Positions 39,109 through 52,305 of a stretch of 64,000 nucleotides of DNA are shown in pieces. Source of the stretch: Octopus vulgaris (lineage: Eukaryota); the NCBI GenBank assembly GCA_951406725.2, contig OX597822.1, forward strand, positions 63,488,001-63,552,000, read 5' to 3'. A model generated the notes under the pieces. It searched no databases. It saw only the letters and a list, made by a program, of their open reading frames with translations, and was not told the origin of the DNA. Positions within the stretch are counted from its first letter, which is position 1; each line of letters starts with the position of its first letter. A program made the position numbers and the translations under genes.

Positions 39109-39179
39109 GTCTATTTCGACACGCTTTGGATACAATATCTTCATTTTTATCAGTGCGAACACGCTATCTTAAAGGAAGC
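39109..39179 (+). CDS. Candidate 71-nt internal exon
   Basis: Acceptor ttttctgtttcttaaacag|, donor AGC|gtatgt. The phase-1 frame is open (GLFRHALDTISSFLSVRTRYLKGS) and compatible with the phase-1 donor at 21733. Confidence 0.45.
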
Positions 39180-39839
39180 GTATGTGGCATTGGCATGTAT
39201 ATGTATATTATACAACACTGAACTGAACTCCATAATGTAGTATTTGTACAAACCACACACGATACTGTTATATATGTTAGTGTGTTTGAGTATAAACTTA
39301 TTTGAATGCAATGGAAAATAAAAAAGAAAATAATTATGCAATAATGGGAGTGAAAAGAAGCAAAAAAATACTGTTTATTGTTCAATATTATTTCTATTTT
39401 TCAAGCAGAATCATTGGCACGCTGCGCAAAATGCTGAGCGGCATTTCGTCCGTCTGCATTTTCTGAGTTCAAATTCCGCCGAAGTCGACTTGGCCTTTCA
39501 TCCTTTCGAGGTCTATTAATTAAGTACTAGCTGAGCACTGGGGTCGATGTAATCGACTTACCCCTCCCCCGAAATTGCTGGCCTCGTGCCAGAATTTGAA
39601 ACCCGTATCATTTGTATAATCTCTCGACAAGTACAGCAGACAAATCCGGACGTGCTTTGTTCTTTTGTATTCAGCGAAGCATATCCTTCATTTAGTCCAT
39701 TAATTTACCGAAAATCCCGATGAGAGAACGACTGACGAAATGTGCGTCAACGTAAACTGCTTGACGTGGAAAACTAGAATTATTTCAAGAATTGCTCAGA
39801 CACGTCCTCTGCATGAAGAATCCAACAAACAATTACTCT

Positions 39840-40020
39840 ACTCTTTATTTGTTTCGGTCATTTGACTGCGGCCATGCTGGAGCATCGTCTTTAGTCGAGC
39901 AAATCGACCCCAGGACTTATTCTTTGGAAGCTTAGTACTTATTCTATCGGTCGCTGTTGCCGAACCGCTAAGTTACGGGGACGTAAACACATCACCATCG
40001 GTTGTCAAGCGATGTTGGGG

Positions 40021-40051
<31 letters not shown>

Positions 40052-40213
40052 CGATGGGCTTCTTTCAGTTTCCGCCTACCAAATCCACTCACAAGGCTTT
40101 GGTCGGCCCGAGGCTGTAGTAGAAGACACTTGCCCAAGGTGCCCCGCAGTGGGACTGAACTCGGAACCATGTGGTTGGTAAGCAAGCTACTTACCACACA
40201 GCCACTCATGAGC
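39840..40213 (-). mobile_element. SINE family A
   Basis: Full-length match, CpGs retained. Confidence 0.9.
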
Positions 40214-40584
40214 CTGTTGTTAAGTTAGCGATAACTTATGTCATACCGAAAACATTAGCTAACTAAGAAATAATATTTTATACTTACGTGTGTATTCAGT
40301 GTACGAATGAGAGAGAAAAAAGAGAGAGTGTGTGTGTGTACGCACACAATTTAATCGGCGTTAAAGAATCACACCATTGTATTTAGTCTATTTTCTGTTG
40401 GAGACTGGTGGTTTAGTCTCTGTGTTACAGCACGTCTATCAACTTAGCCTCCCATACTCATGCTAAAAATACTTACCAGTAGCTCTAAATATCTTTTTAA
40501 AAATCCAATTTTATATTTGCACTTTTAATCTCTCTCTCTCTTCACGCGCGCGCGCCCATGCACGCACGCACGCACGTACGTGTG

Positions 40585-40620
<36 letters not shown>

Positions 40621-40879
40621 CTTTCGAACATTGTACATATAAGATGGCGTCAAACAAAGAGTAAACAGACAACACCGATTGAATATGAAAGGAAAACACG
40701 CAATTTGTTCATCAGAGGAAAATAAATACTTGCTATACATATTAACACACTTTTTCTTTATTTAATATATTGTGTGTATGTTAAAGATAAATAATCAAAA
40801 TATATATGTTTACTTAAATATATGTATAAATGCATAAATATGTAAAGACTCGTGCGTGTGTGTGTGTCAACTTTTATAT

Positions 40880-40961
<82 letters not shown>

Positions 40962-42169
40962 CCGTCTTTATTGCCGAATATCAGCGAATCTTTGTTTACC
41001 TTTTTACTTTCAATAAGTGCAATGTGTTCCAATTGGCTCGCCATCTTATATGTACCAATTTCGAAAGATCGCTAAATTAGTGATATCTGTGCGTGTGTGT
41101 GAGGGGAGAGAGAGAGAGAAAGAGATAGGGGCAAAAGTCTGTTAGATGCCATTTCTTTTGAAATGGGTCTTTCCTATATTTTAGAAGAATGCAATGGTGA
41201 GTTTGACAGAATTTGTTAGAATAAAAGACTGACTTTCGAATTTTATACTCTTTTCTTTTCTAGGCACAGGAGCTGAAATTTTGGGGGAGGGGGTGGCAGT
41301 CGACTAGATGGACCTCAGTACGCAACTGGTACTTAATTTATCGATCTCCGAAAGAATGAAAGGCAAAGTCGACCTCGGTGGAATTTCGACTTTGAATGTA
41401 TATATACATACTCTTTACTCTTTTACTTGTTTCAGTCATTTGACTGCGGCCATGCTGGAGCACCGCCTTTAGTCGAGGAAATCGACCCCCCAGGACTTAT
41501 TCTTTGTAAGCCTACCACTTTATTCTATCGGTCTCTTTTGCCGAACCGCTAAGTTACGGGGACGTAAACACACCAACATCAGTTGTCAAGCAATGTAAAT
41601 CAATAATTAATTCTAAGACCTATGACTTATCTCGGAAAACGACGTAACACGAAAAATGTTTGAAAAACTTTATTAGCTGAAACCTATTTTAATATTTTCG
41701 CCGAGTCCGACCGAAATCAACCGAGGTTAAGTTTCTATTTTTTTTCCATTAATTTCAAAACAAAACAAAAAAACGAAAATAAACCCCACCCGCCAAATTA
41801 TAAAGTCGAAAACGACGCAACTAGAATCGACATAACTTGAGGTATGCCTGCATTAGTAATGTAATGGAGTCGAATCAATTGTCTGTTCGACGAAAAATAT
41901 TGGCCTCTTGCTTTGTCAAAATAAACCAGTAAAAGGTTCATCGCATTCTATCAGTGCTTTCGAGTCCATGTATTTTTTATAGATCGATTCTTATTTTTCT
42001 GTATCCTGTTCAATAAAGTTTGTTGATTTTGTGAAATTAATAGCTATTATTCAAAATGCAAATGTTCTCGAATGGTTTACTTTTTTCTTTAGTTATTTTA
42101 GTTTAAACGAAACAAAACATTAGAAAAGTTCCAGTTTATTATGATAATAATAATAATAATTCTTATAAA

Positions 42170-43280
42170 GCAGAATCATTACCGTGCCAGGCAAAATGCT
42201 TAGCGGCATTTCGTCTGCCTTTAGGTTCTGAGTTCAAATTCCACCGAGGCCGACTTTGCCTTTCATCCTTTCGGGGTCGATTAAATAAGTACCAGTTACG
42301 CACTGGGGTCGATATAATCGACTTAATCCATGTCTGTCCTTGTTTGTCCCCTCTGTGTTTAGCCCCTTGTGGGTAGTAAAGAAATTGGCATTTCGTCTGT
42401 CTTTACGTTCTGAGTTCAAATTCCGTTGAGGTTGACCTTGCTTTTCATTTCCTTCGGGGTCAATGCAATTGCTGGCATTGTGCCAAAATTTGAATCCAAT
42501 TCTCGTATAATTTATTCATCCGAGGTCGTCTTTACCTTTAATCCTTTTGGGGGTCTTAAAATAAGTACCAGTTAAGCCCTGGGGTCTATATAATCGACTA
42601 ACCCCTCCCTCAAAATTTCAAATCTTGTGCCTATTATAGAAATATATTATTATTCTTCCGACGTCGACTTTGCCTTTCATCCTTTCGGGGTCGATAAATT
42701 AAGTACCAGTGAAACACTGGGGTCGATGTAATCGACTAGTTCCCTTCCCCCAAATTTCGGTAGAAAGCTGGCAGAATCGTTAGCACGGTGGACGAAATGC
42801 TTAGCGATATTTCGCCCGTCGCTACGTTCTGTGTTGAAATTACCCCCGATAAATTAAGTACCAGTGAAACACTGGGGTCGATGTAATCGACTAGTCCTGT
42901 CCCCCAAATTTCGTCTGCTGCTATGTTCTGGGGTATTTCGTCTGCTGCTATGTTCTGAGTTCAAATTCTGCAGAGGTCGACTTTGCCTTTCATCCTTTCG
43001 GGGTCGATTAAATAAGTACCAGTTACGCACTGGGGCCGATATAATCGACTTAATCCGTTTGTCTGTCCTTGTCTGTCCCTTCTGTGTTTAGCCCCTTGTG
43101 GGTAGTAAAGAAATGGGTATTTCGCCCGTCGCTACGTTCTGAGTTGAAATTACCCCGAGGTCGACCGTGTCTTTCATCCTTTTGGGGTCGATAAATTAAG
43201 AACCAGTGAAATACTGGGCCCGATGTAATTGACTAGTCTCCCCTCCAAATTTCAAGCCTTGTGCCTACATGTAGAAAAGA
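42170..43280 (+). mobile_element. Co-oriented cluster of at least 6 family B SINE bodies
   Basis: Repeated gcctttcatcctttcggggtcgat..aagtaccagt units. Tail-to-body junctions lie at about 42386 and 43114. Confidence 0.88.
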
Positions 43281-43639
43281 TTATTATTAATGTGAATCAT
43301 AATGCTGATCACCCATCCAACTAAATAACAGTTGTGCTTGGCTAACTCTGGTGATGTTTAAATGACTATTAAGCTAAAAAGTATTAGATTTTTTATTAAG
43401 AATTCCTGGAAGGAATAATTTTATGAATTTTTCTTTAATGGTGATGGGTGAAAGTTTGGTCGAGAAAATGGTTCATTGCTTTATATTCTCGATCAAACTT
43501 TTGTTTAAAGCTCAACCCTCATTTTCATTGTAAACCTGTGTCAACAAATGATGTCACAGCCGCTCAGTTGATACATCAATTAAAATGCTTTCTTTTGATT
43601 TTCCTCTCCTACGACGACTACGGTTCTTTTATTATCTCT

Positions 43640-44510
43640 ATCTGTTCTTCCTCGCTCTCTTTCCCTCGTCCTCTCTCCCTCCCTCTCTCTGTCCTTCACT
43701 GACTGTGTCTTTCGTTCCCTCTCTCTCTCTCTTTCTGTTTTTCGCTCTCTGTTTCTTTGTCTCTCGCCCTCTCTCTTTGCACCGTTTCTTTCTCTCATAT
43801 TGTCTCTCTCTTAATTTTGTGCGGTTCCTTCTCCACTGCGTGTCATTTGCTTTCTTTCTCTTTCTCTCTCGCATTCCCTGTGTATATACGTCTATGTGTT
43901 TCTTTCTCACTATGTTTGCCCCCTCCCCGCTTTCTCTGTGTATGCCTCTTTCTCACTATATTTCCCCTCTCTCTGTCTCGTTCTCTCTTACTCTCTCCCT
44001 CTCTCTATATATGTGTATTCCTCACCGCGCATGTGTGTGTATCTCCTCTCCTTATTGCGTGTGCCATTTTTTCACTCTATGCGTGTCCCTCACTATATAT
44101 GTGCACCTCTCTCGCTATAAGTCTGTCTCTGTCACTATATCCTTTCCTAGCCGTTACGTTTTTTTCCCCCTCTGTATTCTCTGTATGTTTCTCTTTTTTT
44201 TTTTTCTCCCCTCTCGTTGTGCTATGTATTTATTTATTTCTGTCTCTCCTTCCCCATCTCTCACATCGCCGTCTTCTCCCCATCACTGTCTGTCTGTCTC
44301 GTCTCGTAATCACGCTTTCTGTCTACTCCCCCTCCTCCCACCGCGTTTCCTCACACTCTCGCTAACATTGACAATCAATCACGTTATCAGTTCCTACATT
44401 CCTTCACGGTAGTTTCCAACGAAATTTCGCTTCCTCTCTTTCTCTTCTCTGCCTCTCTCTCTCTCTCTCTTTCTTTCCATCTCTTTCTCTCTCTCTCCTC
44501 ATCTGTCTCT
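43640..44510. repeat. Pyrimidine-rich (CT) low-complexity tract
   Basis: Direct inspection. It explains the 275-aa and 202-aa pseudo-ORFs. Confidence 0.85.
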
Positions 44511-44713
44511 CGCCTCCCATTGTTGTGGTTGAATGGTTATATAGCTTTGAGACATCGGGGGAAAAAGGAAGGTGTTGAGAACTGCAAACTGCAAGTCTAG
44601 GTCGTGGACTAGCGTGAAATGAGCGGAGGGCGGAGGGGATGCTGTCTAGGTCGCTCCGTACAGGTGTTTTCCTGGAGGTTTTTATACATACGCTACACAA
44701 AGAAAAAAACAGG

Positions 44714-44752
<39 letters not shown>

Positions 44753-44899
44753 CATTGATTTTAAAGGGGGGAGATCACTGTATGTATTGTTGTTGACGTC
44801 ATTATTTTATAAGAAATAACTTTGAAAGGCATAACGGCTATCGCATCTGGTTTTTATCTCATTTTATTATTATTATTGTTTTTTTGTTTTTTTTTTGCT

Positions 44900-45250
44900 T
44901 GCGTGGCATCTTGGGCAAGTGTCTTCTGCTATAGCCCCGGGCCGACCAATGCCTTGTGAGTGGATTTGGTAGACGGAAACTGAAAGAAGCCTGTCGTATA
45001 TATGTATATATATATAAGTGTGTGTGTGTGTATATGTTTGTGTGTCTGTGTTTGTCCCCCTAGCATTGCTTGACATCCGATGCTGGTGTGTTTACGTCCC
45101 CGTCACTTAGCGGTTCGGCAAAAGAGACCGATAGAATAAGTACTGGGCTTACAAAGAATAAGTCCCGGGGTCGATTTGCTCGACTAAAGGCGGTGCTCCA
45201 GCATGGCCGCAGTCAAGTGACTGAAACAAGTAAAAGAGTAAAAGAGAGAG
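44900..45250 (+). mobile_element. SINE family A, 5'-truncated
   Basis: Match from tgcgtggcatcttgggcaagt to the tail. Confidence 0.88.
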
Positions 45251-45759
45251 TATATAAAATCCAATACTTTGCACCTTACGAAAACAAGTATTTGGCTCTA
45301 TTTGTATTTTAACTGTGAAAATTAAAAACCTTTGTCAGTGAATCGTAAAAAATTAATTCGTTTCGAATAATAATAAAAAAAAAAAAGAATTTATTTATTT
45401 TTTTTCGTCACTGCTCATTATTACTATGAAAAATTATAGATTAAATTCTTTCTTCATTCAGATACATATTTGTAATTCTCGCAGTTAAAATACAACGAAA
45501 TACGATAAGTGCTTCTCAATGCTCTTTAAAAAAAAATAACTCGAACAAAAAACAGCATAATAATTGATATAGAGTTGTGGCGATGCCACAATCCTCAGCA
45601 ATTGTTCCAAGTGTTCAAAATTCTGTAAATCACTCTTCTGATTTTCGATATTGCCTGTATTTGAATTCTCGACTAAAACGTGATTTGCAATTGTGTGTGT
45701 TTGGACAGAATGAATAGTTTCTTTGTATATTTGTGATTGTATATATATGTGTGTATTTA

Positions 45760-45973
45760 AGGCGGTGAGCTGGCAGAACCGTTAGCACGCCGGGCGAAAT
45801 GTGTAGCCGTATTTCGTCTGTCGTTACGTTCTCAGTTCAAATTCCGCCGAGGTCGACTTTGCCTTTCATACTTTCGGGGTCGATAAATTAAGTACCAGTT
45901 ACGCACTGGGGTCGATGTAATCGACTTCATCCCTCTGTCTGTCCTTGTTTAGCCCCTTGTGGGTAGTAAAGAA
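45760..45973 (+). mobile_element. Full-length SINE family B with perfect 19-bp TSD
   Basis: TSD atatatatgtgtgtattta at 45741-45759 and 45974-45992. Confidence 0.92.
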
Positions 45974-46089
45974 ATATATATGTGTGTATTTAGTGAACAA
46001 TGTTTTGCAGTTCTTGAGGGAAAATGTATAAATAAACACATTTAACTGCTCTGGGTTTGGTAAAATAAATAGCTATGATATATACTGAT

Positions 46090-47580
46090 TGTGCGCCCAT
46101 TCTATCAGTCGACTATGTACCTTTCTTATAATGATTTAACCATGTCTCAGTGTGATAAATTAAGTATTTATATCGACCTCGGGTCACTAAAATTAGATAT
46201 GGTAGCCATCAGTGAAACTAGTTCTTCTAGAACAGCACTGGAGCTTTTCGACAACTTCAAGCTTATACGTATATTTCGATCGCTCTAGATCGAATGGAGG
46301 TTTTAGAAAGGTCTGGATGTAAGTGTCCCGACGAGTTTCCTCGTTCTGGATGTTAAGACGGAACATTCAGTGTCTGTTTATACTGATTGGGGTAAAGTTG
46401 TTAGGTATCTAGATGGTTTCTTGGGAACGTTTCATTCGTTTCTATTAGTGGATAACAATAATGTCATCTTGGCCTGTATACTATTCAGTTCTAGGCAAAT
46501 GAGTGAGGTTTTTTCAGCAACACTTTGCCTGACTTTTGGAAATAGTAGTGATGCACTTTAGAGCCCTACTTCGACGGTTTGTTGCGTATCTCAAGAATGA
46601 TAGCATAATTCGTAAAACAGATACTGGCAATTGAGATACCGTTGTTGGTGAGGGTTGTCTGAGGAGCTAATCACCCGGTTCGAGTGGCCTTACCCTATAA
46701 GCTTTACTATTTGCCCGACTGGTTCGCCTTTGCGTCTTTCTTGGCAGATGTCTATCACGACTGACAGAGAACTAGGAAGTTTTTCCAATTGTGTTAGCTG
46801 GGCAGCAGTGATATTTTTAAGGGAAAACGTATACAAGAGTAGGGGACATCATCTATAATTCCCAGCACAAATCTAAGCCAAGGCGCTTCTGAAGAGGCTG
46901 ACATTTGTTATCAATAACAGAATCGAATGTGTACTGACCAATGCGGTTCTCGGCAGCTGTGTTCACAATCGTCATGTAATACATCGTAGAAACAGTGGTT
47001 AATAATCTAGTCTTCAGTAGGACTTTGGTCCATTTGGATCAATCCAAAGTTTTCCTTAGGCTCGTCCATTGCTACTCAGTGCAGCTGGTTTTCGTCAGAG
47101 GCTGGATCGATTTAACGTACAGTGGCATCTGCTCGATAGCAAGTATGATTATTGAAACTGTTTTGAATCACTGACCAGGTCGTTTAAGAGTATTATCCCT
47201 CTGTACAGTTAGCTCGTGATTTTTTTTTTTTTTATCAAAGAAGCTAGCAGTGTTGAAGGGTATCTCGCTCGAACTGGAACGTAGAGGGGCCGTGTCGGCT
47301 TACGTAGACGATATCATAGTCGTGATGTTAGATATATAACAGAAACTGAATCAGTCGGCATCTCACAGTTAGGGGAAATAAGAAAGTATTAGGAGCGTGA
47401 ATTAACGAAGACAAACCAGTAAGCTTGCAGTTCAACTCCTGAAAAAGCAAGTCTATTTCAGCTGATGTCATGGATCACTGAACCAAACGTTCTACTAAGA
47501 CGCTTGATGTTAGAGATTCAGTCCAGACTTCTTGGTGGACAGGAACTGGGACAAAATTGCGAGTGGAATTGTCACTGACC
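46090..47580 (+). mobile_element. Decayed Tx1/L1-type LINE ORF2 remnant (APE endonuclease fused by deletion to RT)
   Basis: DLGSLKLDMVAISET (APE motif, 46175), AKALLKRL (46880), LVHLDQSK (47025), SAYVDDIIV (YxDD, 47295) and GA*INEDK (47392). Multiple stops. Confidence 0.8.
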
Positions 47581-47613
47581 AGTAAAATAGTGTGATACAA
47601 ATAATACAGACAG

Positions 47614-47775
47614 TGCGTAGGAGTGGCTGTGTGGTAAGTAGCTTGCTTACGAACTACATGGTTCCAGTTTCAGTCCCACTGCGTGGCACCTGGGGCAAGT
47701 GTCTTCTACTATAGCCTCGGGCCAACCAAAGCCTTGTGAGTGGATTTGATAGACAGAAACTGAAAGAAGCCCGTC

Positions 47776-47821
<46 letters not shown>

Positions 47822-48212
47822 CGGGAAGCTTTATGAAAATAAACAAAAGACGAAGGCAGGTGGAAAACAAACGAACAATTGTATTAGTATGGCGCTCAGG
47901 AAATATAAATAAAACAAGTCTTTAACGTTTAGCCACGCTCTTCAACAGAAAGATACACAGAGAGAGAAAAACACAGAAAGAAGGAGAGAAAAAAAATGCG
48001 TGCAGTAGCTAACGAATCAACATGGCGATATATATATATATATATGTGTGTGTATATGTTTGTGTCTCTGTTTGACAACTGATGCTGGTGTGTTTACGTC
48101 CCCCGTAACTTAGCGGTTCGGTAAAAGACACCGATTGAATAAGTCCTGGGTTCGATGTGCTCGACTAAAGGCGGTGCTCCAGCATGGCCGCAGTCAAATG
48201 ACTGAAACAATA
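47614..48212 (+). mobile_element. SINE family A with a Penelope-like insert (47821-48028, -) inside its (TA)n
   Basis: The insert is bounded by TA runs. Decayed hammerhead tcttt-ctgttga-a-gagcgtggct-aaacgtt-aaaga at 47919-47953(-). Confidence 0.8.
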
Positions 48213-48649
48213 AATTTTGTCATGAAGAAGTCTAACAATTTTGTGTAGTACCCTTCTGTGGAGAGAAATGACCAGAAATAATCTGTGGCCTTGTGCCAGT
48301 GTATAGGAAATTCATAATGAATTATCTATTTATCTATTTCGATCCCTGCTTGGTAGAGAGAATTAACTCCTACTAAGATATATGTATATATATCGGAAAT
48401 CGATGTTGTTGTTATTACTATGAATGTGACGTTGATAGAATGGTTTCTCCCTTCACCCCCTCGCTTACATATTTCATTCACTACAAATGCTTCAAGGCTG
48501 GTTCTAGTTTTTAAGTCCTGAACACGTCGACACGTCCCGTATATTCGTCTATACGTTGTTTGTTTGATATTTAATAATGCTCAGTGATGTGGAAATTCTC
48601 ATGCATTATCAAATAATCAATTCTTCATCACTTATGTAAGCTATAATAT

Positions 48650-48665
48650 ATTATATATGTATATA

Positions 48666-48706
<41 letters not shown>

Positions 48707-48762
48707 ATATATATATATATATGTGTGTGTGTATGTGTGTGTGTGTGTGTATATATGTGTGT

Positions 48763-48834
<72 letters not shown>

Positions 48835-48911
48835 GTGTGTGTGTGTGTATATATATGTGTGTGTGTATATATATGTGTGTGTGTATATATATATATGTGT
48901 GTGTGTGTGTG

Positions 48912-48960
<49 letters not shown>

Positions 48961-49057
48961 ATATATATATATGTGTGTGTATATATATGTGTGTGTGTGT
49001 ATATATATGTGTGTGTGTGTATATATGTGTGTGTGTATATATGTGTGTGTGTGTATG

Positions 49058-49128
<71 letters not shown>

Positions 49129-49182
49129 GTGTGTGTGTGTGCATATATATATATATATGTGTGTATATATATATATATATAT
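48650..49182. repeat. Compound (TA)n(TG)n microsatellite array
   Basis: Direct inspection. Confidence 0.97.
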
Positions 49183-49854
49183 TGTTGACGCCATAAGAAT
49201 TTATAAACTTTTCAGTGGACGTGGAATAAGTTTTTTTTTTTTTTTTGTAGCAGAGAATCTCGAATCATAAAAAATACCATAAACCCTTATGGATAGAAAG
49301 TCGACTATATCGATCCCCAAAAAGGTTTTACCACCCAATATTTACATGTTATTATATTATTTATAATTCTTGTGCTTCGAGATCCACTGTTCCAGTATAT
49401 ATGTATATGTGTATAGTTTGTTTTGATATTGATTTATAATAAAAACAACTGGACGTTAAACGTTAGAGTACTATTTATATAGTCACAAGAATAAGTGTTG
49501 AAACTTCGAAGTCCCTATTACCCCTATTCTTGTGTATGAAAGAATATGTGTGTGTATATCAATGACTATAATTTTATTATTTTTATTTTACTCATTTCAT
49601 TCACGTGCTCCACCCAACTTATAATTTATTTAATTCTATCAATACTCAAACTTCCATTCTCTCTCTCTCTCTCTCTCACTCTCTTTATCAATTTAATTCC
49701 TAATTTAATCTGCTTACTTATCGCTTACCTATTTAATAATAGCCAGTCCATTAATTATTGAACTATAATTATGTAATGCGACAGCAGGAGGTAATGGATT
49801 TTGACTGATTTTACACACTTGGTATGTAATATTAAGTATAATATAAAAATACAG

Positions 49855-50115
49855 TGTGGAGGCGCGTGGCTTAGTGTTTAGGGTGTCAGCACCATGATCG
49901 TAAGATTGTGGTTTCGATTCCTGGACCGGGCGACGCGTTGTGTTCTTGAGCAAAACACTTCATTTCACGTTGCTCCAGTCCACTCAGTTGGCAAAAATGA
50001 GTAACGCTGCGATGGATTGGCGTCCCGTCCAGCTAGGGAACACTTACACCATGAAAACCTGGAAACCGGGCCCATGAGCCTGGTTAGGCCCTTAAAAGGG
50101 CGCATTTATTTATTA
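49855..50115 (+). mobile_element. tRNA SINE, family C variant
   Basis: Head and core as at 2540-2885. Tail gatggattggcgtcccgtccagc...gaaaccgggcccatgagcctgg as at 34741-35052. Confidence 0.85.
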
Positions 50116-50330
50116 TATATAAATTCAGTATTCTTTTGTTTCAGTCAGGTGACTGCGACCATGCTGGAGCACCGCCTTTAGTCGAGCAAATCGATCCCAG
50201 GACTTATTCTTTATAAGCCTAGTACTCATTCTATCGGTCTCTTTTTGCCGAACCGCTAAGTTACGTGGACGTAAACACACCAACATCGATTGCCAAGCGA
50301 TGGTGGGGGAGGGGCAAACACAAATAACAA

Positions 50331-50391
<61 letters not shown>

Positions 50392-50816
50392 CGACGGGGG
50401 TCTTTCAGTTTCTGTCTACCATATATATAGCTATAGATTTAATGCAATTCTAACGACGAGAGTGAGTAGGGGAGTGTTTGAAACTCGATGCTGGATAAAT
50501 ATCTCCAGAGAAGGGAGTTAGTTCATAAAGCACTGGTTTTTCGGATTTTCGCCGCTGATAGTTATAAGCTTAGACATAGGATTATGTATGCATGCATGTA
50601 TGTATGTACGTGTATGCATACTGATAGCATCCACATCTCTGCGTGCGTACGCACACACACACACACACAAAATACATTATATTCTCATGTCAGCCAGCCA
50701 CTCAATAGCTACGTGATTTTGTGTATGTATGTATACACACACACACACACTTGCTTATTTAACAAAGCAGAAAAACGCCTGGCAATGTACTGCGGCGCGC
50801 GCGTGCGCGTGCGCTC

Positions 50817-50861
<45 letters not shown>

Positions 50862-51256
50862 TGTGTGTGCGTATGTACATGTGTGTGTGTCAGTGTGCGT
50901 ACGTGCATATAAATATAACGCTACTCCTCCCACCAAACTGCTGTCATCTCCACCTCCGCCACACTTCACTATATAATCTCGTGTCTGCTTTCTGGCAACG
51001 TGTCACTGCAGTGTTTTTATATAATCAGCTGATCGGTCAACACAACGTACTCTTTCTCTCTCTCTCTCTCTCTCCTCCCCTTTCTCTCACACACGCGCAC
51101 ATTCATTCATTGAATAGTTTTCCGGTTTCCTTTCATCCGCATTTTTTAAAAAAGTTTCACACTTGACACACACACACACACACACACACACACGTATATA
51201 GTTAAATAATATCTTCCTCGCTTCCATTCGGCATTCCTAATTTCTAATTCTGATCA

Positions 51257-51312
<56 letters not shown>

Positions 51313-51315
<3 letters not shown>

Positions 51316-51465
51316 TAGTTTTATTTTTTATAGCGTGCTTTCACTTCACTACCGAGCGCAGCTCTGTGTGCCTTGGGTATGTGCTGTGATTTGTTGTGAT
51401 GCTCTGATGGTTATTGTATGGAAAGTGTTCTGCGTAGGATGTGTGCAGTGCCTAGTAGTGCTATT
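51313..51465 (-). mobile_element. Extremely 5'-truncated R4/Dong 3' end embedded in (TAA)n
   Basis: Minus strand translates IALLGTAHILRRTLSIQ*, the R4/Dong C-terminus (compare IGTAQI at 9550). Long TAA arrays lie on both sides. Confidence 0.85.
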
Positions 51466-51478
51466 ATTATTATTATTA

Positions 51479-51522
<44 letters not shown>

Positions 51523-51969
51523 GTTTAGGCGGTGAGCTGGCACAGTCATTAGCTCGCTGGACGAAATGCGAAATGCTTTCGCCCGGCGCTACGTTCTGAG
51601 TTGAAATTCCCCGGAGGTCGGCTTTGCCTTTCGTCCTTCCGGGGTCGATAAATTAAGTACCAGTGAAACACTGGGATCGATGTAATCGACTTGTTCCTTC
51701 CCTCCAATTTCAGCCCTTGTGGCCAACAAAGATGGGATTATTATTATTATTATTATCATTATTGAGAGAGCAGTGCATGCCATCAAAGTGATACTGGGGT
51801 AAAATATACGAAGCCCAGTATACCCATCATGACTACCCGTCTGATAAGGGTACACTAGGCACATGCATCACAACCATATGTGCGCGACATGGGGATCTCA
51901 TATCAAGATAAACCGCGCATGACCTTACAGGTGGGACCCAGTTAGAATTATTATTATTACTACTACTAC

Positions 51970-52014
<45 letters not shown>

Positions 52015-52246
52015 CATCATCACCATCATCAAGGCGGCGAGCTGGCAGAATCGTCAGCACGCCGGGCGAAATGCTTAGTATCAGATAAGCACTGAGATTC
52101 ATGTTAATCAACTAACCCCTTCTCTCAAATTTCTAGGCCTTTTGCCTTATAGTAGAAAGGATTATTGTTATTATATATACTGCAGGACATACATCACTGT
52201 TCCTTCCTTTTGTTATTAAATACTGTTTACGGTCGAGAATGCAGTG

Positions 52247-52305
52247 CAGGTCGTCGTCGACTTACGACCACAATTGGTTCCGACTGATTGGTCGTAAGTC
52301 GGCCT
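52247..52305. mobile_element. Tigger/pogo-like terminal remnant with 13-bp inverted repeat
   Basis: caggtcgtcgtcgacttacgacca ... tggtcgtaagtcg (arms 52258-52270 and 52289-52301). Confidence 0.5.

Noticed and set aside
39731-39780. CTGACGA...cgtcaa/ttgacg...GAAA hammerhead-like string
   Set aside because: Wrong spacing around stem II and no stem I or III.
44619-44663. Alternative first exons MSGGRRGCCLGRSVQ|gtgttt and MQAIEKSDVERQ|gtgggg (18237-18272)
   Set aside because: Weak donor sites and no other support.
45574-45600. Minus-strand CTGAGGA followed by 7-bp hairpin ttgtggc/gccacaa
   Set aside because: No GAAA box follows.
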